The translations under genes and the position numbers were made by a program. DNA of 60,629 nt, taken from positions 431,092-491,720 of the forward strand of contig BCKQ01000011.1 in assembly GCA_001600695.1 (NCBI GenBank), in the 5' to 3' direction. Position 1 is the first letter of the stretch; each line of letters begins with the position of its first letter. Origin of the DNA: Ascoidea asiatica JCM 7603 (lineage: Eukaryota > Fungi > Ascomycota). This document shows, in pieces, positions 49,330-59,954 of this stretch. The notes beneath the pieces were generated by a model, which was not told the origin of the DNA, searched no databases, and was given only the letters and a program-made list of their open reading frames with translations.

Positions 49330-49440
49330 AACCACAGGGCTGGTAGCACAAGATGGTACCATGCGTGTGGATCAGCACTTATATCCAGAGAACTGGTCTC
49401 ATTTTCAAAGCACGTGATAATCCAATTTTGAGTCCACAGC
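49330..49440 (-). promoter_or_regulatory. Cbf1- and Met31/32-like sites in ADI1 promoter
   Basis: CACGTGAT at 49411-49418 (ATCACGTG on the minus strand), flanked by CCACAG cores at 49332 and 49434. Confidence 0.5.
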
Positions 49441-49525
49441 ATTGGAATTCCTTTTTCTATTAAATTCAACATAGAAAATTTCCTGATTTGGATAAAATAG
49501 TTTTTGGTGTATTGTTTTTTGTCAC

Positions 49526-49706
49526 ATACGAATAAATGATGAAGAATAAAGGATGAAATATAAACATAAACATGTAAATATAAATATAAGTATAAACACA
49601 ACAGTTAAAGATTAAAATCAGAATCAATGGCCGTTTATTTCATTATTCCACTTGAACTTAGTCTTTAGACTCTTGTGATATGATCTTTAATCTAACCCAA
49701 GATTCT
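49526..49706 (-). repeat. Diverged duplicate of HRD1 last ~15 codons plus 3' UTR (copy 1 of direct repeat)
   Basis: Aligns by eye along its length with 53172-53350. Minus-strand translation ESWVRLKIISQESKD* versus HRD1 ESWAKLEIIPQDSKD*. Confidence 0.92.
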
Positions 49707-50060
49707 TATTTGCTTTATATATTTTAGCAGAATTTTTCCAAAACTCATCTTACCTGCAGAATTTTTTCCAAGGAAATTTAATTCAAGAGCTCATAGTATG
49801 TATGCTTCAAGTCATGAATTCGGTGCAGTTATCGCTCAATAAAATTTTTGTTCTTTAGTAATTCATGGTTGTTCTTCTGTTAATCAAAATTGTATTATAC
49901 CTCATGTAATGAAAATTCTTGTTTATTTATGTGTTTAAAAAGTTTTACTTTATTTTTAATACCTGAAGGAAAAAAAAAATTTTTAGAAAAATTAGCTGAA
50001 GAACTTCATGTTGTATATAATGTTAGAAAAACAAATTATCAAGAACCTGAAAAGGCTTAA
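49706..50060 (+). pseudogene. Decayed 3'-terminal fragment of a PHO84-family transporter
   Basis: Translates with a deletion, an in-frame stop and a frameshift as LFALYILAEFFQN/ILPAEFFPRKFNSRAHSMYASSHEFGAVIAQ*NFCSLVIHGCSSVNQNCIIPHVMKI/LFLIPEGKKKFLEKLAEELH. This is collinear with the Pho84 C-terminus. Confidence 0.88.
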
Positions 50061-51210
50061 TTTTTGAAAAGAAGCTATTTAATTCTTCTTTTTTATTCTT
50101 TTTATCTTCTTTTGATGATACTTTTTTTTTTTCTATTTAATTTTTTTATTTGCGTTATAATTGTTATTTCAAATATGCTATGTCTTTTTTCAATTCTTTT
50201 CCCAACACTTCTCTTTCTCAAAAACAAATTCATACTCTTTTCTCCCAATGAAAATCAATCATTATCTAATATACAGTCTATCTTCTATAATTATCAATCA
50301 AAATTTATTATTCATTAATCAATAATCCATATAAATCTAATTTTGCTGTAATAAGCTTCCATAAATTTTTATTATCTAGCCAAGAATACCATTATGGCAT
50401 CTCTCCCCTCATTATGGCTCGTTATGCCTCGTTATATTATTGTTCAGTTGTTCTCACTAGCGAAAAGAAAGTTTCATAAATTTTGTTCTTTTTGCTATTA
50501 TGTTTTATTTTAAAAAGCTGTTAGTTGAATTAAAATTGCATCTTTATTTCATACAATTACAATTGGATTGTTTCTTGGTTTTAGGTGCAAAGATTGAAAA
50601 GAAATTCGGATAGTTGTAGCGTGGTACGTTTTGGCTGCAGCATGGTCGAAATTGGTTTTATTACTGTGAGGTGCCAATTTGTCACTAGTGATACCTTTTG
50701 AACTCCTAATGATAAAAATAGACAATCAGCAATAGTTAAAAATTATTTCGAAATTTTAAAATGTACTATTTCATTTATTGCAAATTGAAGAACTTTTTAA
50801 ATTTAATAAGAAATCATTATGTGGGAAATTAATACGAATTGTACAATACTTCCAAGTTTTTTTTGATCACATGATTATTATCTCGTATGCAAACTCGTAA
50901 AGTAACTCAATTAATTAAGGTTCTAAAGGCATGCAGAAGAAAAAAAACCTTAATTAACCTTAAATTTGTTCGTATGTTAAAACAGATCACTTTTTATATT
51001 TGATTGCTACCTTTTATTATTTGTTTGCTCTTCTTGATAAGGGTTTGAAAAAACTTTCTTTTGAAGAAATTATGTTTTTATACATGAATTAACTATTAAA
51101 TCTTTTAAATTTAAAAAATTAATTTAAAAAGTGCATTTTCACTAAAAGTGTTTTAATTTTTTTATTTATACTGTATATATATATATATATCATCAATAAA
51201 TAATTTTAAA

Positions 51211-52990
51211 ATGACTAGTCAAACTCTTATTGGTAAAGAAAATAAAATTTTAAATACAAACACAAATACAAATACAAATACTAACAAAAAAAATGATGAC
51301 AATGAATATGATGTCGATTTGAAAAAAACCTAACGAAAAGTCTCAAAATGCATATAGATTGAATAATAATGTTTTACCTCCCTATTTTTTAATCAAAGCA
51401 TTGACATTTTCAAAGAAAGTTTGGGATCCAATGAGAAATATTATTTTTTTACACCTCTGTTTTCCGTCAATGATAAAAATAAATTCAAAGAGTGGTACTC
51501 AAATATTAAATTCAAACACAAAATAGATTTATTGGTGGATGTTATTTCAATATTGATTTTAATTCTTGAGTTAGGTGACGATACTTCAATTGAATATGTA
51601 ATCAAAATTTATATGAATTCCATTTTGAGAAGCTTTTATGCAAGCATAAAAGATCCTTTTGTCAAGTTAAGCAAATATATCCTTTTTATAATAGAAGGAA
51701 AACTTGAAATTTTAAATATGAATAAAAATTTGAAAGAAACGTTTTTTCAATTTTTTTCTTCATGCACATTTAAAATTGATTCCGATATTTTTGAAAATTT
51801 TCTTTATCCAAATTTGATGTGACACAGTATTGGTAGATGATTCAGGAAAGCTTTTAATGAATACATTTGGTCTATTGTTAGCAGTTGAAAAGAATTTTTT
51901 TGGAATGATTGGATCTGCTTTGTTCAAAAGATTCGACTTAGAAATTAAAATTTTGCTCAAAACCCTTGATTTTAAATTTTCATTTGTAAATCCACTTTAA
52001 ATGAATCAATAAAAAATGCAGAACATACAATTAAAGAAATTAGGAAAAATAAAAAGAGAGTGGAATATTATTACAGCTATAATGGAACTCCATATTTATG
52101 TATGAATGCAATTTCCACAAATTACCTAATATTAACAGTACAATTAACCTTGGGTTTAAAATTCGATTATGGAAAAATAGAAACAAGCATTTTCTTTTCC
52201 CATTCGGAAGGAAGCATTCTTCGAAATTATGTTCCAACTTCTTATTGTGAGTCAAAAAAAGCAGAATTACACAATTTTAATAAGGATTATTTCCCAATTA
52301 GTGCAACCGCCTTTTTTCTTAACCGAAATATTAAAAGCTGGATATAATTAAGAGAACTATTTAAAAATCATATTGTTTTATATACTGTATTCGAAATTTA
52401 TGTGTTCACAAAATAATGCTTGGAGTTCTATTAAAAATGAGAATTTTTGGGATTCTGATTAAAATTTACAAGAGCTACTTTTGAAAAATGGAAGTTTTTT
52501 AATTGGGTATGTCATTCACCCTTAAACATCAAACATATTAAAAAAAGGTTATCTTTACTTAATGGTGGAACTGTATGCTCATTAAACCTTGAGATTAATT
52601 ATTGAGAATCGACGAGTTTTACTCAATGTTGAAGCAGTTTTTACAAGAATTCATTTAAAAATGCTTTTTAATAAATAGGATTTCAATGTATTTCGAGACT
52701 TGAAGCTAAAGAAAATGGTAAGGTCATCCTTGAAAAAGTGATACAGTCAGAAATCAATGAAATTATTATAGAGATGAGAACCTTGAAGGTGAATCAAAAA
52801 GGTTATTAAACAATTACAAAGACACTTCCTAACATCCTGGTTTATTTTCAAAAGGATCTTAAAATAGTAACTAAATATGGTAAAAGAATTCCTTATAATC
52901 ATTCTTGATTTATATAAACCACAAAAGCAAAGAGATATTAGTCTCCTGCTTTTCATACTACAATAAAAGCATTTTTAGAATTTAGAGAGA
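51211..52990 (+). pseudogene. Multi-frameshift pseudogene of unknown family
   Basis: ATG at 51211 in AAAATG context after a (TA)n run. Consecutive protein-like ORF pieces (51421-51822, ~51820-52000, 52060-52347 and beyond) are joined by homopolymer frameshifts and stops. End point approximate. Confidence 0.6.
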
Positions 52991-53171
52991 TTCATATAAA
53001 TATTGTAACTAATCTTTTTAATTATTATGTTAGATATCAGGTTTTTCTAAGGCTGGAGGTACTTTTGAATATAGAAACATTTCAATAAATCTACGCTTTC
53101 AAAGGTGACTTATGGTGTTGGTTTAAATGCAGTTGATGTTAGATCCAGTTGGCGGTCAGGTCGAGGCGACA

Positions 53172-53350
53172 ATACGAATAATTGATAAAGAATAAAGGAT
53201 GAAATTTAAATATAAACTTGTATATAAATATAAGTATAAACATCACAGTTAAAGATTAAAATCAGAATCAATGACCATTTATTTCATTATTCAACTGACA
53301 CTTAGTCTTTAGAGTCTTGTGGTATGATCTCTAACTTAGCCCAAGATTCT
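53172..53350 (-). repeat. HRD1 3' end and UTR (copy 2 of direct repeat)
   Basis: Matches 49526-49706. Confidence 0.92.
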
Positions 53351-55125
53351 CTATTAATAGCCACTTCAAATTCTCCTTTATTATTATGTTCATTACTTTC
53401 ATTGTTTTCGTTATGTTCATTAATTGGCTGAGTAGTTGAATCAGTATTTGTAGTGTTTGTTTCATTGTTTAGTTGTCTGATAGGCAACACTAACCAATCT
53501 GGGGGTATTAATGAATCTTCACCCAATTCATATATATATTCATTATTGATATTATTGTTGAAATTATTATTATTTATAGTATTACTTGAAGTACCAGTTG
53601 CATAATTGTTTATATCTCTAATTTCAGATATTATTGGTTCCTCAGTTGTATTTGCAGATGTATTATTGGTTGTATTGTTAGTTGTATTATTAGTTGTATT
53701 TATTGATGGAGTTGTAACTGGAATTGAATTAGTTGTTGAAATTTTTGGTTTATTATCAAAAACTGGAGCTCTACACATTGGACATCTTTGATTTCTTTGT
53801 AACCAATTTTTAAGACAACCTAAATGAATTATATGACCACAATTTAAAATTTTTGGATATGATTTTGAATTAATTTGAATTTTATCATTTATAAACATTT
53901 CATCTCTACAAATTATACATAAATTATCATTATAATTATTTAAATCATTAATTGTTGCATTTTTTAAAATTAAATTTAATTTTTTTTTATTTTTATTAAA
54001 TTCAATAAATTGATTTAAATTTTTATAAAAATTTAATATTGATAAATAAAAATCTCTTAATAAATGAATTGGAAAATTATATGGACCAATTAAAAGAAAA
54101 AAAAGAGAGAAGAAATTAATAATTTTCATAAAATAATAAAAAATTTCAAAAAAATTTAAATAAAAATTTTTATTTTCTAAATTTTCTTCATTTGAATTTA
54201 AAATTAAATAAACAATTTCAATTAAATTTAAAATTGTTTTAATTATAAAAAAACATAATTTTAAAAATAATTGAAAAAATTCAAATGCAAAAAAAAGAAA
54301 AACATTTATAGAATTTGAATTTAATAAATTTGAAGTCAATAAAGATAAATTTAATTTATTTTTATTTGAATTATTATTTGTTGAAGTTGTATCAGAATTA
54401 TTAAGTAATTTTAAAGCATTTAAAGATTCTTCAATATTATTAAAAGCTTGATTAAGACAATAATTTATTAGTTTATAATCAACTATTAATAATATTATAA
54501 ATAATAAAGTTGTTTTATTTAAAAGTACTTTTTTATAAACTTTAATGATTTTTAAAAAAGTATTATAGTTAAAAGATTGATGATGTTGATCTTGTCGATG
54601 ATTATTTTCAGGATTTTCATCATCTTCATCATCATTATCAGTGTCAGTATCAGTTTCATTATCATTATCATTATTTGTTATTGCGGATAAAGTATTATTT
54701 GGTTGATAAATATAATTAATTCTATCATATAATAACCAATGAAAGATTTTTAAAAAAAGTAAAAGAGAAGTTAAAGAATTTATTAAAATTCCAAATTCAT
54801 TTCTAAAAGTAGCTAAAGATATGAAAGAATTTGTAATTGAGATCCATAAATTTTCATAAATATGTTCAATTTCAATTAATCTTAATTGATTAAAAAAAAA
54901 AATTTGTAAGAATTTAATTAAAATTATTGAATATAATATTAATAAATTTGAAATTATTATAATATTTAAACCTGATGATAATTGTAAAATTATTTGAAGT
55001 ACTGTGTAATTTGAATTAAATGAATTTAATATTGAAATTATTGCAATTAAATTACTTATTAAGAAATATATTGAAAAATTACTTATATTATTTAAACTTA
55101 TATTTATATTTCTTAAGTTAAACAT
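53302..55125 (-). CDS. HRD1: ERAD RING-H2 E3 ubiquitin ligase
   Basis: N-terminal TM region with FF.QLRLIEIEHIYE and LKIFHWLL.DR; RING-H2 CIICRDEM...LNCGHIIHLGCLKNWLQRNQRCPMCR. Confidence 0.93.
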   Translation of the reverse strand: MFNLRNINISLNNISNFSIYFLISNLIAIISILNSFNSNYTVLQIILQLSSGLNIIIISNLLILYSIILIKFLQIFFFNQLRLIEIEHIYENLWISITNSFISLATFRNEFGILINSLTSLLLFLKIFHWLLYDRINYIYQPNNTLSAITNNDNDNETDTDTDNDDEDDENPENNHRQDQHHQSFNYNTFLKIIKVYKKVLLNKTTLLFIILLIVDYKLINYCLNQAFNNIEESLNALKLLNNSDTTSTNNNSNKNKLNLSLLTSNLLNSNSINVFLFFAFEFFQLFLKLCFFIIKTILNLIEIVYLILNSNEENLENKNFYLNFFEIFYYFMKIINFFSLFFLLIGPYNFPIHLLRDFYLSILNFYKNLNQFIEFNKNKKKLNLILKNATINDLNNYNDNLCIICRDEMFINDKIQINSKSYPKILNCGHIIHLGCLKNWLQRNQRCPMCRAPVFDNKPKISTTNSIPVTTPSINTTNNTTNNTTNNTSANTTEEPIISEIRDINNYATGTSSNTINNNNFNNNINNEYIYELGEDSLIPPDWLVLPIRQLNNETNTTNTDSTTQPINEHNENNESNEHNNKGEFEVAINRESWAKLEIIPQDSKD

Positions 55126-55319
55126 TGTTATATATAATATTTATTATTTAATGAAATTGAATTGATTCTAAAATCATAATAAAAATGAATTGATTGTATT
55201 GGATTATTTGAATATATCTTTGATAATTCTGCTGAATGTGCTGTATTTGATGTATTTGATGTATTTAATGCTTTAATGCTTTAATGCTTTAAATGATTGT
55301 CATTTTGATCTTGAACAGT

Positions 55320-55700
55320 TCACCCTGAATTGGGATCTGGCTACGACATCGGATATAAGCAGCGGATGGAGTGATTACGTAAGTATCCATGACATGGAAA
55401 AGTTGCAAGCGGATACGGAAAAATTTAACACCAAGGTTAAGGATCTACCAACTGCATGGATCTACCTAGTCCATGGATCTACCATTGTTGTGGGTTTAAT
55501 AATTTATTTACCATCACAATGGTAGAGTACCACAACAATGGATTAGTCGGCGTGTTTTATCCGCCAGACTGAGGTCGGAATTTAATAATTGCCGTTTACA
55601 AACTGACGCTTTAAAAAATGTGAGCATGTGTGGCGGTGCAGTTACGTAATGGCCGCTGTTACGTAACCGCAAGGCCTCGCTGAAATAATTTAATTTATTT
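55320..55700. promoter_or_regulatory. HRD1/HOG1 divergent promoter island with three TTACGTAA palindromes
   Basis: TTACGTAA at 55375-55382, 55642-55649 and 55659-55666; GTGGCGGTGC at 55630-55639; GGATCTACC x3 at ~55441-55483. Confidence 0.65.
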
Positions 55701-55990
55701 TTAGAGATATCAAAATAACACCTTCATATGTCAAGTCGCATTTATTGCCATATTCCTATGAGGTTTATCTAATTTATTCACTTTAGTTCGTTTATTTGAA
55801 TTTTATTTTAATTCTCTAAATCTATATTTTATTTCTCTTAAACAATTTGTTACTTATTTCTAGTTTTAATTCTAGTTATAAATTTAATATATAATATAAT
55901 ATATACTTTTTTTATTACATAACTATTATATCAATTAATGAAAAAGAAATAATAGACCTACCTACTTTCAAATACAATATACATCAAACA

Positions 55991-57562
55991 ATGGAATCAA
56001 AAATCATATCCACCAATGATTCTACAAATAATGCTTTAATTTCAAAGAACAATAGTAATAATGATAGTAATAATATTTCTATTGAATATCCTGATGAACT
56101 TCATTTAGAACATGTAGAAATTACTGAAATAAGTGATACTTCAAATTCTAATTCAAATGATAAAATAAAAATTAATAATTCAAATATTCAAAATAACATT
56201 TCAGACTTAGATAATATTATTGATAATAATATTCAGAATAATGAAGCTGTTGATAATATCCAAGGCATAAATAATAATAATAATATTAATAATAACGAAG
56301 ATGATAATGATGACAAAAATGACAATAACAATGTGAATGATAATGATAATGAAACCGACAACCTAAATGACAATAATGAAGAAAATGATAATGAAAATAA
56401 TAATAATAATAATGATATTAATAGCTATAATGAAAATTATGATGAAATCTACGATCAAGATTATGATCAAAATTATAACTATTATGATAATAATAATGAA
56501 AATAATAATAATGAATATTTAGATAATAATTTCATAAAAATTCAAATATTTGGAACTGTTTTTGAAACATCAAAAAGATATAAAGATTTAAATCCTGTTG
56601 GAATGGGAGCTTTTGGTTTAGTTTGTTCTGCAATTGATTTAAAATTTGATTCAAAAGTTGCAATAAAAAAAATTTTAAAACCATTATCAACTGAAGTTTT
56701 AGCAAAAAGAACTTATAGAGAATTAAAATTATTAAAAAATTTAAGACATGAAAATCTTATAAGTTTAACAGATATTTTTTTATCACCATCAAATGATATT
56801 TATTTTGTAACTGAATTACAAGGTGCAGATTTATTAAAATTATTAAATACAAGACCTTTAGAACCTCAATTTATACAATATTTTATTTATCAAATTTTAA
56901 GAGGTTTAAAATATATTCATTCATCTGGTGTTATACATAGAGATTTAAAACCTTCAAATATTTTAATTAATGAAAATTGTGATTTAAAAATTTGTGATTT
57001 TGGTTTAGCTAGAATTCAAGATCCTCAAATGACAGGATATGTTTCAACAAGATATTATAGAGCTCCAGAAATTATGTTAACATGGCAAAAATATGATACC
57101 GAAGTTGATATTTGGTCAACAGCATGTATATTTGCAGAAATGATTGAAAATAAACCTTTATTTCCAGGTAAAAATCATGTACATCAATTTTCAATAATAA
57201 CAGAATTATTAGGATCTCCACCACAAGATGTTATAAATACAATATGTTCAGAAAATACATTAAAATTTGTACAATCTTTACCACATAAAGAACCAATTAA
57301 TTTATTTGAAAGATTTAAAGATAAATTAGATCCATTAGGTATTGATTTATTATCAAAAATGTTAGTATTTGATCCAAAAAAAAGAATTAATGCTACACAA
57401 GGTTTATCACATCAATATTTATCAGCATATCATGATCCTGATGATGAACCTGAAGCTGAAGAACAATTTGATTGGCAATTTAATGATGCAGATTTACCAA
57501 TGGAAACTTGGAGAAAAATGATGTATTCAGAAATTAATGATTTTCATAATCGTTTTGAATAA
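55991..57562 (+). CDS. HOG1: p38/Hog1-type stress MAP kinase with N-terminal Asn/Asp-rich extension
   Basis: [59 protein letters not shown] (TGY activation motif), YHDPDDEP. Confidence 0.96.
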   Translation: MESKIISTNDSTNNALISKNNSNNDSNNISIEYPDELHLEHVEITEISDTSNSNSNDKIKINNSNIQNNISDLDNIIDNNIQNNEAVDNIQGINNNNNINNNEDDNDDKNDNNNVNDNDNETDNLNDNNEENDNENNNNNNDINSYNENYDEIYDQDYDQNYNYYDNNNENNNNEYLDNNFIKIQIFGTVFETSKRYKDLNPVGMGAFGLVCSAIDLKFDSKVAIKKILKPLSTEVLAKRTYRELKLLKNLRHENLISLTDIFLSPSNDIYFVTELQGADLLKLLNTRPLEPQFIQYFIYQILRGLKYIHSSGVIHRDLKPSNILINENCDLKICDFGLARIQDPQMTGYVSTRYYRAPEIMLTWQKYDTEVDIWSTACIFAEMIENKPLFPGKNHVHQFSIITELLGSPPQDVINTICSENTLKFVQSLPHKEPINLFERFKDKLDPLGIDLLSKMLVFDPKKRINATQGLSHQYLSAYHDPDDEPEAEEQFDWQFNDADLPMETWRKMMYSEINDFHNRFE

Positions 57563-57879
57563 ATTATTAATTATTAGTTATTATTTATTATTTATATTTA
57601 TATATATATATGTATTTTATATTTTGAAGTTTTCTCTCTATCTTTCTTTCTCTCTCTATCTCTCTCTATATCTCTTTTTTTCAAGTTAACATTTGAACAT
57701 TTATTTATTTTTTAGTTTCTTTCAATAATAGAATTTGAATATTTTGGACCCTTTAATAATAAGCCATGAATTAAATTAAAATTAACTAAAATTAAAATTA
57801 AACTATTGATTGTCAAGTAAATCAAAGTTAAAATTAACAATTAAAAAAGAAGATCCAAATTCATGGACTCCAAAATAAA

Positions 57880-58060
57880 ATAACTGTCACGAGATAAAAT
57901 TTAGGGTTTTTTAAAAGCAAAATCAAAGAGGGCTTTATTTCTAACTGGCCGGGTAACAACGTTTCTTCTTTTTCAATTCTTCTGCCAAATGTCAACGGGG
58001 AAAGTTCAGCAAATTCGCTGGGAGTAAACGCAGTGAGTGAAGGTCCATACTGAGCCATCG
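57880..58060 (+). promoter_or_regulatory. RPL43 promoter island
   Basis: TTAGGG (Tbf1-like) at 57901 and CCGGGTAA (Reb1-like) at 57949-57956. Confidence 0.45.
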
Positions 58061-58208
58061 ATCATCTTCAGAATATTGAATATCGTTTTGGAAGAAGTAG
58101 TTAGACAATTATTTGATTATTAAAATTTATTGAAAATTATTATATTATTTCAATTTAATAAAATATCAACAAGATTAATAGTAATAATAATAATAACCAA
58201 ATAACAAA

Positions 58209-59068
58209 ATGTATGTTTAAAATGGATTCATGATTCATGATTTATGATTTATTGTTTATGTTATAAATAATTTATTTATTTATATTATTATCGAAATTAT
58301 TTGCTCAATAAGAGAAGAATATAAAATTTAGAAAAATATCAATTTCAATTTAAAGGAGACAGTCATTAAAAAAAGAAGATTGAGAGAAAGAAAAAAGGGA
58401 AAGAATTTGTAGAAATAATTGAATTAGTTTTATTATTGATTATTATGGAAAATATGATTTAAAAATAATGAATAAAATTGGAAAATAAAGAAAAAGAGTA
58501 ATAAATACACTATTTTAAATAAAGTGAAAGATTATCATAGAGAATCAAGTAAAACATCAATTGATTAATTAATATAATTCAATGTAAAATTTGATTACTT
58601 TAATTTTTTATTAAAATTTCAATATTTATATTCTTATTCCTAAGATTTGTAATAGTAGTAAAATAATTATAATAATAAAACATGTATAAATTTATCAAAA
58701 TATATGAGATAAAATGATAAAATAATCAATTACTTTATTAGTGAAATAATAAATTCTAACAATATTTTTATTTTAATTTTTAAAATTATAGGACTAAAAG
58801 AACAAAGAAAGTTGGAATTACCGGTAAATATGGTGTTCGTTATGGTTCATCATTAAGAAGACAATGTAAAAAATTAGAAACTCAACAACATGCTTCTTAT
58901 GATTGTTCATTTTGTGGTAAAAGAAGTGTAAAAAGAACTTGTGTTGGTATCTGGAAATGTAAATCTTGTGCAAAAACTGTTGCAGGTGGTGCTTATACTG
59001 TTTCAACTGCAGCTGCTGCAACTGTTAGATCTAATATTAGACGTTTAAGAGAATTAGCTGAAGCATAA
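58209..59068 (+). CDS. RPL43: 60S ribosomal protein eL43, spliced (exons 58209-58210 and 58792-59068), 92 aa
   Basis: AT|GTATGT...TTCTAAC...TAG|G joins to give [25 protein letters not shown]...CSFCGK...GIWKCKSC...GGAYTVST. Missed by the ORF track. Confidence 0.95.
58211..58791 (+). other. Spliceosomal intron of RPL43 (581 nt), splitting the start codon
   Basis: GTATGT donor, TTCTAAC branch site 58754-58760, TAG acceptor. Confidence 0.88.
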
Positions 59069-59269
59069 TTTAATTGTATTCTTTTATATATTTAATAAAT
59101 TACTTCCATTAAAATGATTAAAATTCTTAATATTATTATTATTATCAATACGTAATTTTGGTGTCTCAATTACACCTAAATTCAATGAATTTGGTGAATA
59201 TTGACCTTCAGTAAAATGATCGTGTCCTATTTGGAACCAAAATAGAATATATCTAGTGCAAAAAAATAT

Positions 59270-59760
59270 TATATTTAGGGCGACACCCGCACTAAAAGAA
59301 AAAATTCACTACACATGTTATTCTATAATTGCGCGCACCAGAACAATTAAAATATTATATATCATGTGCTTAATTTTTTCTAGTTTCGTGTGAGTTTTCC
59401 AGAGTTCCAGAGCCTGAGACTGAGTGAGAGTGTGACTGTTTTATTCCCCTGAGTGAGATTAACCTCCCAACCCGAGACCACTCTTTTCAAATCCCGTGCA
59501 CATTTGGGCGGCGCACGTATTTTATTTAAGTGCGCAAAGGTTACTATTTCTGCGCTCTCCTTCACGTGCCTCACTCTTGTAATGAACCCACTGCCAGCCA
59601 ACACTTCCAAATGCTTACGAGCTCTAACAAAACCACCAAAAACCACCAAAAAACACCGAAAACCACCGAAAACTGCCCTTTGCCATAGTGAACTTTCACT
59701 GCTCAACTTTCCTCTCATAATCTAGCCCTCAGTCGAGTCTTTCATCACTCAGTCAGTCCT
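59270..59760 (+). promoter_or_regulatory. RPP1 promoter island with Homol-D, Cbf1 and Tbf1-like sites
   Basis: TGTGACTG at 59431-59438, TCACGTG at 59562-59568, TTAGGGCGA at ~59275 and TAGCCCTCA at ~59723. Confidence 0.55.
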
Positions 59761-59954
59761 TGCATAGTAAATGAAATCTATTACTGTAATTCAAACAACC
59801 CAATTTTCATAAAAAATTAAGCACCAAAATTAATTTCAAATTAAAAAAGGGTTATTTTATTTCACTATCATTATTATTAATATAATAAAATATAATAGAA
59901 TAATATATCAAAAAATAATAAAATATATATAATATAATATAATATAATATAAAA

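Noticed and set aside
49526-53350. LTR retrotransposon interpretation of the direct repeats
   Set aside because: The repeats are HRD1 coding/UTR sequence, lack TG...CA ends, and no gag/pol motifs lie between them.
58818-59725. Track ORFs 58818-59021(-), 59380-59718(-) and 59453-59725(+)
   Set aside because: The first is antisense to RPL43 exon 2; the others span the RPP1 promoter island.
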